This document shows, piece after piece, positions 40,561 through 51,982 of a DNA stretch of 64,000 nt. The notes below the pieces were generated by a model. That model saw nothing but the letters and a program-made list of their open reading frames with translations, did not search any database and was not told the origin of the DNA. The DNA lies in assembly GCA_964016885.1 (NCBI GenBank), contig OZ024744.1, positions 43,834,001 to 43,898,000 on the forward strand, written 5' to 3'. Within the stretch, counting starts at the first letter, position 1; every line of letters starts with the position of its first letter. The translations under genes and the position numbers were made by a program. The stretch comes from Eledone cirrhosa (Eukaryota).

Positions 40561-41154
40561 TTAATTATATATATATATATAAGGAGGAGGTTATAGTTCA
40601 CTTGAAGCATTGTGTAATGAGGTATAAACGTTAGAATATGTGTAATAAGGCCAAGACAATGCAGATATGGACATAGAAAAAAGAATGCAATAGTGAGAGA
40701 TATTGATGAGAATTCGTCTTTCACCTTGAATTTATTTAAATGTCCTTAATTTTCGAGATAATATCTCTTCTTCGGAGGGAAGTAAAAGTCTCAGACCAGC
40801 GTCTTAAATTTCCAATGAAGCCATGCTGACCGGAAATAGTATAGAGTTCTAACTTTAATATCAAAGAATTAAAATTAGGTGGGTAAAGAGTAGTCTCCCT
40901 TTAAGAGGGGTTTGTTTATGTTTTTGTTGTGTTTTTTAAATTTTATATGCGTGCCTGTATATGTGTGTGGGAGAAAGCATGAAGGTGTAGGTATGTGTGT
41001 GTGTGAGTGTGGGAAGATAGGTCTAATCGTAAAAGTGGGGGGTAGGTGTTATCTGGTGTTAGAACTGGTTTTGTGTGTGTATGTGTGAGAGAGAATAAGT
41101 GGAGGTGTGTGCGTGCGTGTGTGTGGGGTGTGTAAAGTGGGGCTAGAGGCCCTA

Positions 41155-42832
41155 TCAGGTTATAAATTGGGTGTTGAGCTCTAGTCTATTATTGATTGGT
41201 GGATGTGTTCTATCTATAATGAGTGCTTCCTTGATTCTAAGATTACCGAGGTTTCTTTCTTTAGTTTCTATCCTAACTGTTATGTTTTTATCAGTGTTTT
41301 TGCATTTAACTAGGTGTTTCTTAAATGAGGAAGCGTTAGTATTGAGGTGTTCTTTTATTCTTATGTGGAGTGGTCTGGTGGTGCTACCTACGTAGAAGTT
41401 GTTGCATTTGTCACACTCTAGTCTGTAAACTACGTAAGCCTGGTGGCATAGGTCTGTGTCGTTGATGGGGCAGTTGGCTAGTCTGCAGCAGTTGTCATGT
41501 CTGGTGGAGTGTCTTTTAGCTAGCCGTCCACGCAAAGAAGGACCCGAATGGGCCAGTTGAATATCCAGACCTTCTCGTCTGATGGCTCTGCGGATGGCTG
41601 TTGTTGTTTCTTCACTGAAGTGTGGGAGCTTCAGGAAGCAAGTGTTAGTGCCTCGGGTGTGGTGTCCTCTGTTCTTTCTGGCACGGTTTGTGGTGGATGT
41701 CGTGTATCCGTTCAGTTTGAGTACTTCCAGGAAATGTGTGGTGTGTGTGTCTCGGTCTCTGGCGTCGGTGCATTTGTTCTTGATACGTGCCAGTTCGTTC
41801 TTTATGTATCCGAACTTGGCACCGAGTGGGAGGGCCGATCTGAAATGTACGAACAGGTCCCTGCTGGCGGATTTTTTATAGAAGCAGGTGTGGATGTTGC
41901 CTTTCTCTGTTACCCTGAGTTGGAAGTCCAGCAGGGATAGGGATCCGCGGTCATCGGGGTGTTCTATGCTGAACTTTATACTGGCGTCCATGCTGGAGAA
42001 TGTTGTGTATATTTTCTCTGCCTCTTCACGGGATGATGTAAGGATGAGTATGTCATCTACATATCGGGTGAAGAAGGCATGGGAATGGCAGGTGTTGAGG
42101 GCTCGGCATTCTAGCTGGTTCATGTAAGTGATGGCCAGCAGGCCAGAGAGGCTGGATCCCATGGGTAATCCTGTTGTCTGTCTGTATGTGTGGTGGTGGA
42201 AGGTGAAGTACGTGTTGTCTACTGTGAAGGACAAAAGTTCGTGTATGTCCGTCGGGTGGAGGCCGTAGCAGTGGATGTTCTCTGCGACCACGCAGTCCGT
42301 CAATAAATCTACAGCTGGGTGAGCGGGGACTGTAGTGTAGAGGGAGACAACGTCGAGGCTAAAGGCGTATTTATTAAGTTTAAGTTGTTCTGGCTGGAGT
42401 TGGTGTAATCTACGTATAACTTCGTCGGAGCTACTGACATGTCCGGGGAAGGTGGAGAGTAGAGGCTTGAGGACCTGGGAGAGAAGCCAGGAAATTTTGT
42501 ATAGGGGTCCTTCTATGCTAGAGACGATGGGTCTTATACGCGTCTTAGTGCTATTCTTGTGGGTCTTGATAAGGTGGTAGAAAGTGGGCAGTCTGCTATT
42601 TCTAGTGGTGTAGTTGAGTTTAATTTTATTCGGGAGTTGTCTTCTCCTACAGATATCGAACCAAATGGAGTTGGTCTGTTTTTCGATTTGGGCTGCGGTC
42701 ATGTCCGGGATCACTGTGTACAGTTCACTGTCGCTTAGGTGTTCGAAGGCTAGGTTATTGTATGTGGCTTGAGAGATGACGCAGAACTCTTTACCTTTGT
42801 CGGATGGTAAGTAAATAAGTTCCTTATTCCGA
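41155..42832 (-). CDS. Penelope-like RT + GIY-YIG endonuclease, 5'-truncated, open
   Basis: SDKG motif, RPIVSS, SLDVVSLYT, GLPMGS, YVDD, and C-terminal VVYRLEC..C..FYVGST.R.L..RIKEH. No stops. Confidence 0.92.
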
Positions 42833-43926
42833 ACATACACGAACTTTTGTCCTTCACAGTAGACAACACGTACTTCACCTTCCACCACCACACATACAGA
42901 CAGACAACAGGATTACCCATGGGATCCAGCCTCTCTGGTCTGCTGGCCAACACTTACATGAACCAGCTAGAATGCCGAGCCCTCAACACCTGCCATTCCC
43001 ATGCCTTCTTCACCCGATATGTAGATGACATACTCATCCTTACATCATCCCGTGAAGAGGCAGAGAAAATATACACAACATTCTCCAGCATGGACGCCAG
43101 TATAAGGTTCAGCATAGAACACCCCGATGACCGCGGATCCCTATCCCTGCTGGACTTCCAACTCAGGGTAACAGAGGAAGGCAACATCCACACCTGCTTC
43201 TATAAAAAATCCGCCAGCAGGGACCTGTTCGTACATTTCAGATCGGCCCTCCCACTCGGTGCCAAGTTCGGATACATAAAGAACGAACTGGCACGTATCA
43301 AGAACAAATGCACCGACGCCAGAGACCGAGAGACACACACCTCACATTTCCTGGAAGTACTCAAACTGAACGGATACACGACATCCACCACAAACCGTGC
43401 CAGAAAGAACAGAGGACACCACACCCGAGGCACTAACACTTGCTTCCTGAAGCTCCCACACTTCAGTGAAGAAACAACAACAGCCATCCGCAGAGCCATC
43501 AGACGAGAAGGTCTGGATATTCAACTGGCCCATTCGGGTCCTTCTTTGCGTGGACGGCTAGCTAAAAGACACTCCACCAGACATGACAACTGCTGCAGAC
43601 TAGCCAACTGCCCCATCAACGACACAGACCTATGCCACCAGGCTTACGTAGTTTACAGACTAGAGTGTGACAAATGCAACAACTTCTACGTAGGTAGCAC
43701 CACCAGACCACTCCACATAAGAATAAAAGAACACCTCAATACTAACGCTTCCTCATTTAAGAAACACCTAGTTAAATGCAAAAACACTGATAAAAACATA
43801 ACAGTTAGGATAGAAACTAAAGAAAGAAACCTCGGTAATCTTAGAATCAAGGAAGCACTCATTATAGATAGAACACATCCACCAATCAATAATAGACTAG
43901 AGCTCAACACCCAATTTATAACCTGA
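42833..43926 (+). CDS. Inverted duplicate of the Penelope-like ORF 3' part (RT C-half + GIY-YIG)
   Basis: Same protein as the minus-strand copy with 5 amino-acid differences. It has no genuine start. Confidence 0.88.
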
Positions 43927-44301
43927 TAGGGCCTCTAGCCCCACTTTACACACCCCACACACACGCACGCACACACCTCCACTTATTCTCTCTCACACAT
44001 ACACACACAAAACCAGTTCTAACACCAGATAACACCTACCCCCCACTTTTACGATTAGACCTATCTTCCCACACTCACACACACACATACCTACACCTTC
44101 ATGCTTTCTCCCACACACATATACAGGCACGCATATAAAATTTAAAAAACACAACAAAAACATAAACAAACCCCTCTTAAAGGGAGACTACTCTTTACCC
44201 ACCTAATTTTAATTCTTTGATATTAAATTAGAACTCTATACTATTTCCGGTCAGCATGGCTTCATTGGAAATTTAAGACGCTGGTCTGAGACTTTTACTT
44301 C

Positions 44302-44336
44302 CCTCCGAAGAAGAGATATTATCTCGAAAATTAAGG
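44302..44336 (+). ncRNA. Minimal type I hammerhead motif in Penelope 3' UTR/pLTR (mirror copy 40744-40778 on -)
   Basis: CCT-CCGAAGA-A-GAGAT-ATT-ATCTC-GAAA-ATT-A-AGG: U4C core variant, 5-bp stem II, palindromic AATT stem III, 3-bp stem I. Confidence 0.55.
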
Positions 44337-44453
44337 ACATTTAAATAAATTCAAGGTGAAAGACGAATTCTCATCAATATCTCTCACTATTGCATTCTTT
44401 TTTCTATGTCCATATCTGCATTGTCTTGGCCTTATTACACATATTCTAACGTT

Positions 44454-44454
<1 letters not shown>

Positions 44455-44546
<92 letters not shown>

Positions 44547-44560
44547 ATAATAATAGTAAT
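44455..44560. repeat. (TA)n(GT)n(TAA)n microsatellite
   Basis: Directly visible. Confidence 0.95.
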
Positions 44561-45790
44561 AGACGAAATATATGTACTTTATATCATCTCTAGTTATTTT
44601 ATTATATACATTTCGAAGATCCAAAGTTTTATATATAACGTAGAGCAAAACATGTCCCCATCAGATAAAATACAAACGAGATGTATAATTGTTCATGATA
44701 TGCTGGTAGAAAAACGAGCTGGACAGATCGGTGACCACCAAGCATATGACTAGAAAAAAACTCAATACATAGGTTACGTGACTGGGAGAATAATTACAGT
44801 TGGTTTAAACGTTTAATAAATTATTTAAAATATAGCGTAATTAGATTTTTTAAAAAATAAACAAAAGTTGACCGTTATTCAGTCTCTATGCTGCTTATAA
44901 TCAATTCAAATAGGTATTAAATCAAAAGTATATATTATATCAAAGGAAAAAATGAAAATAATATTCTAGGAAACAAAAGTAGTATTATGAAAATATAATA
45001 AAGGGGGAAAGAATTTGGATTACATAATTTGTAGGAAAGTTATCTTTGTTTATGTATAATTTGATTTTGAAATTATATGAGTACAAAAGTATTTAATAAT
45101 TGATATGGTTCTTTTCTTTTAAATATATAGTTGAGTTAGGTTGTAATATTATGTGATAAATTATTTATTTTAAAAGAAAGGAGATAATTATCTATGTCAA
45201 AATTTATCAATCCAACGATTTTATTTAAGTAGTTAATATATGTATAGGAGAAATTATTAAAACTTTGTGTAACAATTTAGAAAGAAAAAAATGTATGAAT
45301 GATAGCCGAATTTATCAATTTATATTAGATTCATTTTATTTAGATACAACCTAAAGTTAAAGTAGATGAACAATTTTAACGGAAACAGAAAAAATAACGG
45401 AGAAAATATCGGAGGAAAAATTAGTTAACTTATTTTGTCGTATAATCTCTATTTAAAAAAAATCATTTAAATATTATATATAAAAGAGTTATACCTGTCT
45501 TATAATTATTTTTATATATAAAGCTTAATTAAAATCTCTAAACATTTTCGTGAATAGGTGGAGGTGAGAATTAAAACTATATGTAAAGGAATATTCACTA
45601 TTATGTTATCTATTTTAAAACTTAACTAAAACCTCCATGAACCGTTTTTGAGAATCGGTGGAGGCAGGAGATAAAGATATCAGATTTTTATTAATAATTA
45701 TTTTCCTATTCTTAAGAATATAAAGAATTTCAGTGGTATATAGGTTACAACTCTTAGAAATGGGAGAATTTATATAAGGTAAAGCATTAG

Positions 45791-45821
<31 letters not shown>

Positions 45822-48800
45822 TAATAAAAACAATGAATAAAAACAAAGAACAAGTTCCTTATATTAAAGAATTCATCATTTTACGATCGTTACTAGGATA
45901 TATATGTGTGTTGGTATGTATATCATATAGATCTATGTAAAAATATTACAAACTATCAGAGGAAATGTACATACCTTCATATATATATGCTGGCTTCAGA
46001 AATAATGAGATTTGTTTATTGAAAAAAAACAGCAAAGATTTAATATAATAGGTCTGTTTGGGAACAGGTTTTGAATTGACCAATAGAAAAGTAGTAAGAG
46101 GCCAAGTTGATAGAATAGTAGTAGTAGACATTTAATTTAAGCGTAGAGGAATGCAGACTTATGTTTTGAATGGAAAGAATACTTTGAATAAAAAGAATAC
46201 TTTGGGGATGAAAAGAGGTCAAGCCGGTGAAGGATACACGAAAATTTGATGTTATTAAAGAATAATGTTAAAAACGAAGGAGAGTAAAATTTTAGGGAAA
46301 AGGTATTAGTGAGAAATACTAATCTTATTTAAAACACAAGGAATTTAGATCTATAACAAGAAATTAAATTAATTGATAGGTATACTTATAGGGATAAATT
46401 TATATTAATTCATATGGATGTGATAAATAAGAATTAGATGTTATTAAAGAATGTTGTTAAAAACGAAGGAAAATAACATTTTAGGATAAGTGTAGTAGTG
46501 AGAAATACCAATCATATATAGACTACAAGGAATCTAGATTCATAACAGGAAATTAAATTAATTTATATGTATACTTTTAGGTATTAATTTTAGGAAAAGA
46601 GAGCTGTAAGAGGGAAATAAAATTATGAAGTTCTCTGTAGTAAAGTACTAATTATAGGTTAACTAAATAAAATAAACTAATTATAATAATATGTAAAATA
46701 TAAGTGTAAGGTGTATATTAATTAGGTTTATAATATTTGTAAGTTCTTTTAATTCTATGATTGCAAGATATAATTAATTCTTGTCGCTTATTTAATAGGA
46801 TATCCTTAGATTTCATTATTTCAAAAGGTTCCTGGGAGCATAATCTACATTCATATCTGTTATTTTGATCAGGGGTGGCTCTTTTGAGCACACTCCAGGT
46901 CAGGTTGTAATCGATATTCTTTTTTCTATAATTATTAATTGTTTCAGTCAAGGATGTTGTATTAGCTAATGCGGCATTTTAAAAACTAAGTTTGTGAGTA
47001 TTAAATCTTACTTTAAATTGGTTAGACGTAGCTCCTATATATGAATAAGTTGAGTCCTTAGTGATAATTTTACATTTATATACTATGTTATTAATAAGAC
47101 AATTTGCCTTTAATGGGCAATTTCTTTTGTTTCTACAGTTACAACCATTCGTGAATATTATATCAGGGGAGTTAGTCAAATTTGGTGTGGAATTTACTCG
47201 ACTTGTTATATGTGAAGGAGATGATGGTTTGTTGCGGTTTATTTTAGTATTATGGTTGGTTTGATGTGTTGGTGGTATATTCGTGGGTTTTTTACATTTA
47301 TATGCGTTGTACGCACTTATATTTTGTTGTATATTTTTGGTAGTGGAGTATGAAAATTTGACAGTTGATCTATTTAAAATTTGATGGTATTTATGGTTTG
47401 GCGGGAAGTTTTTCTCTAGGATAGTAAAAACTTTTTAGGGATATTATCTTTAATTTGTAGATTAAATGGAGCATTATACCAAGTAACTCGTCTATTACGG
47501 TTTCGATGTTGTTTTTTATATTTATACGATGTATCAGGATGTTTACTAAGAGAGTTAGTATAGTGAATTTATTATATATAGGTTTAGTTAGATTAACTGA
47601 TTTAGGTGTTTTAGGCTGATTATTGGGAACTTTGTTAGTAATGTTATTAACGTATATTGGAGTATTAGGATGAATGGTTTTTTGAAAGTTATTATATTTT
47701 ATGTGAGAAGAGGTAACGAAATTAAGTTTTAGGTTGGTATTTTGGGGTGTAGTCTGAGTGGCATTTAGGTGTGTGTTTTTCATTTGGTGTTTGTTGGTAA
47801 TATTGGGTTGTATGTTTGAAGTATTATTGGTGCAAGGTATATAGACTAATTTGTTTTTGTGGCCGCTTCTAGCTAAAGCTTCGTTATAAAAGGGCGCATT
47901 TTTATCGAATACATCCTGGTTAGATGAAAGGTTACAGATTCTGAGTGAGATATCATATGATAGGTTTTTAAGGATAGATCTAGGGTGATTGGATTGTGAG
48001 TGTATTTAATGTAAGTTTTGGTTAGGTTTATGGTAAGGTTGGTAGAAACCCGTAGATAAGTCTGAAGTTATATCTAGGAAATTAACTATTTTACTGGTGT
48101 TCTCAAATGTAATAGTGAGATTATAATAGTCTTTGAGGAAAGTTCTAATAAGTTTTTTACTTTTTTCAATTTCTGATAGGCTAAGATTAGTGGAAAGAAG
48201 AAGACAGTCATCACGATAGCAACTACCTTTAAGGTGGGGAAAAGAATAATTTATGGTAAATAGAAGAAAGAGGCCCACATGATCGGTAATTTGGGCAGAA
48301 TCACTAGAACCCATAGTAATGTGGAATAGATTACTATGTGTATTTCTGGTCCAGTATTCCTTCTGAAATTCCAGTAGTGTTTGTCTAGCGTGCGTGATAA
48401 TAATATTAATGTCATCCATAGTTAAGTTTGATCTTTTTTGGCAAATATCAAGGCTTTGCGACAAGAATTAATTATATCTTGCAATCATAGAATTAGAAGA
48501 ACTTTCAAATATTATAAATCTAATTAATATACACCTTACAATTATATTTTACATGTTATTATAATTAGTTTTTTTTTATTTAGTTAACCTATAATTAGTA
48601 CTTTACTACAGAGAACTTCATAATTTTATTTCCTCTTATAGCTCTCTTTTCCTAAAATTAATACCTAAAAGTATACATATAAATTAATTTAATTTCCTGT
48701 TATGAATCTAGATTCCTTGTAGTCTATATATGATTGGTATTTCTCACTACTACACTTATCCTAAAATGTTATTTTCCTTCGTTTTTAACAACATTCTTTA

Positions 48801-49129
48801 ATAACATCTAATTCTTATTTATCACATCCATATGAATTAATATAAATTTATCCCTATAAGTATACCTATCAATTTAATTTCTTGTTACAGATCTAAATTC
48901 CTTGTGTTTTAAATAAGATTAGTATTTCTCACTAATACCTTTTCCCTAAAATGTTACTCTCCTTCGTTTTTAACATTATTCTTTAATAACATCAAATTTT
49001 CGTGTATCCTTCACCGGCTTGACCTCTTTTCATCCCCAAAGTATTCTTTTCATTCAAAGTATTCTTTCCATTCAAAACATAAGTCTGCATTCCTCTACGC
49101 TTAAATTAAATGTCTACTACTACTATTCT

Positions 49130-49310
49130 GTGAATTGGCAGTATCGGTACAGGGTTGGACGCCATGCTTTCTAGCATAGTTACGTCCCTTTACAGTCTGA
49201 GTTCAAATCCCGCCGAGGTTAACTTTGCCTTTCATCCTTACGGGGTCAATAAAATAAATTACCAGTAATGCACTGGAGTAATTGCTGGCCTTGTGCCTAA
49301 AGTAGAAACA
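49130..49310 (+). mobile_element. tRNA-derived SINE
   Basis: A-box-like TGGCAGTATCGG, B-box GAGTTCAAATCC, body CGAGGTTAACTTTGCCTTTCATCC...AATAAA, tail GGCCTTGTGCCTAAAGTAGAAAC. It resembles octopus SINEs from memory. Confidence 0.8.
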
Positions 49311-49588
49311 ATTATTCTTTAATAACATCAAATTTTCGTGTACCCTTCATCGGCTTGACCTCTTTTCATCCCCAAAGTATTCTTTTCATTCAAAGTATTC
49401 TTTCCATTCAAAACATAAGTCTGCATTCCTCTACCCTTGAATTAAATTTCTACTACTACTACTACTACTATTCTATCAACTTGACCTCTAACTAATTTTC
49501 TATTGGTCAATTCAAAACCTGTTCCCAAAACAGACCTATTATATTAACTCTTGTTGTTTTTTTTTTCAATAAACAAATCTCATTATTT

Positions 49589-49821
49589 ACGGCAGTATCG
49601 GTAGAGGGTCGGACGCCATGCTTTGACGCATAGAGTTACGGCCCTTGCCATTCTGAGTTCAAATCCCGCCGAGGTTAACTTTGCCTTTCATCCTTACGGG
49701 GTCGATAAAATAAAGTACCAGTAATACACTGGGAAATTGCTGGCCTTGTGCCAAAAGTAGAAACAATTATTTACCAGTAATGCACTGGGTAATTTCTGGC
49801 CTTGTTCCTAAAGTAGAAACA
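49589..49821 (+). mobile_element. Second SINE copy with duplicated tail and 7-bp TSD
   Basis: Same family as 49130. ATTATTT flanks it at 49582-49588 and 49822-49828. It is absent from the left arm of the inverted repeat. Confidence 0.85.
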
Positions 49822-50136
49822 ATTATTTCTGAAGACAGCATATATATGTGAAGGTATGTATATTTCCTCTGATAGTTTGTAATATTTTTACATAGATCTA
49901 TATGATATATATACCGATAAAAACATATATATCCTAGAAACCATTGTAAAATGATGAATTTTTTAATATAAGGAACTTGTTCTTTGTAATTATTCATTGT
50001 TTTGATTAATTTATCTTGACTCTGTTTTCCTGTGATTTTCATCGAAAATTTTTGAATGCATCTTCTCTTTTCATGATATTTGGATTACATTGCGTTCTTC
50101 ATACTGATTGGACACTACCGTATATTTTGGTAGATT

Positions 50137-50221
<85 letters not shown>

Positions 50222-50344
50222 TTGGGGAGGGTCATATTTTTGTAATAATATTGCCAGAATTAATAACAGAACAGTAGAAATATATGGAAAAGAATGAAAC
50301 GAAGTTTCATTTCTCACTTAGTACGGCTGATACTTAAATATAAG

Positions 50345-50435
<91 letters not shown>

Positions 50436-50439
<4 letters not shown>

Positions 50440-50553
50440 GAACCAGTAAGACCCCGACAGCTGAGCTCAAGCCGTTTCGACGGCTAATTCTTAGTCCAGA
50501 ATTAGCCGTCGAAACGGCTTGAGCTCAGCTATCGGGGTCTTACTGGTTCCTAT
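50436..50553. repeat. 56-bp-arm inverted repeat (1 mismatch, 6-nt loop)
   Basis: Arms 50436-50491 and 50498-50553 are reverse complements. Confidence 0.92.
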
Positions 50554-50629
50554 TACCCACTCTACTACCTCAAGTATTGAGTACTTTGGTGCGTTATGGT
50601 CCACCTGGTTCCTTACCACATTTCCTTCG

Positions 50630-50688
<59 letters not shown>

Positions 50689-50957
50689 TGTGTGTGTGTG
50701 TGTTTGTGTGTTTGTGTGTTTGTGTGTGTGTGTAAAAGGTAAACAACACAATCGGTACAGTATTTAGAAGGGATACATTAGGTTAACGCTTGATATAGCA
50801 GGAAGAGTGTCTTAACGTTTCGGACGCTAGTCCTTCATAAGAAGTAAGAATAAGAAATAAAATAGATTGAGGGGACGGGCGGGTTGGAATTGGAAAAAAT
50901 GTATTTAGATAAAAATAACAGGTCCATTCATGTTGACATCTCTTGCAAAACTGTATG

Positions 50958-50989
<32 letters not shown>

Positions 50990-50992
<3 letters not shown>

Positions 50993-51948
50993 TAAAATAA
51001 CAGATTAAATTTTAAGCAAAGAATCGCTGCTTTCACCCTGAACCGGATCTTCTGAAACTAACAAAGTCAATCTGTGAACGCAGAAATGAATATTTCAAAA
51101 TACGTTGCAACCGGAGGAAGACAGGAAGACGATACTTTGTTTCGTGGAAACGTTCCCTGGCAAAGAACGGGAAAAAACGAATATAATACGTCATTATTTG
51201 GAGCAGTGAAAAACAATTACACGCAAAGACAAAACCACGTTTATGGTATAAAAGAGGTAGTAGACTAATGTTCTCTTAGGTGGTTCATAGAGACGTTCTC
51301 TGGCAATGGACGGAAAAAACGAAGATAATACGTCATATGTGGAGCGTGGAGAACAATTGCACGCAAAGACAAAAGCACGTAAATGGTATAGCTGAAGTCG
51401 TAGACTAAAATTCTAACTAGGAATTGTTCTCACCGGTCCACATAATGACGTATTATCTTCGTTTCTTTCCGTTCATTGCCAGAGAAGGTCTCCTTGAATG
51501 ACCTAATAGAATATTAGTCTACGACTTCATTTATACCATAAACGTGGTTTTGTCTTTGCGTGTAATTGTTTTTCATCGCTCCAAATAATTGTTTCTACTT
51601 TAGGCACAAGGCCAGCAATTACCCAGTACATATCACTGCTCCAAATAATGACGTATTATCTTTGTTTTTTTCCGTTCTTTGCCAAGGAACGTTTCCACGA
51701 ACCAAAGTATCGTCTTCCTGTCTTCCTCCGGTTGCAACGTTTTTTGAAATATTCACTTCTGCGTTCACAGATTGACTTTGTTAGTTTCAGAAGATCCGGT
51801 TCAGGGTGAAAGCAGCGATTCTTTGCTTAAACTTTAATCTGTTATTTTAATAAATATTTGCTCTACGGTTCTTATACATTTGATATATATTTATCCTTAT
51901 CGAGCCCTCTTTGGGTTTTAGTCTTCAAATTTATTATTATTATTATTG

Positions 51949-51982
<34 letters not shown>

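Larger units (their letters stand above)
40623..44457. mobile_element. Penelope-like element in inverted (fold-back) configuration
   Basis: Arms 40623-42248 and 42833-44457 are near-identical reverse complements around a ~585-bp spacer. Confidence 0.93.
44560..50011 (-). mobile_element. Degenerate Naiad-type Penelope-like element with inverted copy of its 3' end
   Basis: Minus-strand fragments: RT (ITMGSSDSAQITD, YRDD, VNFLDIT, PYHKPN), CNCRNKRNCPL..CL, IVYK...YIGAT (GIY-YIG), CRLC..LLNKR. 48458-50011 is the reverse complement of ~45818-46788. The left boundary is approximate. Confidence 0.8.

Noticed and set aside
42833-42891. N-terminal 20 aa of the 578-aa Penelope ORF
   Set aside because: Read-through from the antisense of the inverted arm, so not a real start. 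The element is 5'-truncated.
44597-44670. Minus-strand hammerhead-like remnant (CTGATGG...GAAA) at the Naiad 3' end
   Set aside because: Core is mutated and stem II does not pair convincingly. Too degraded to call.
39060-47180. Selenocysteine (in-frame TGA) recoding as reported for Naiad elements
   Set aside because: The conserved Cys positions I could read in both Naiad-type fragments are ordinary TGT/TGC codons, and I recognised no SECIS.
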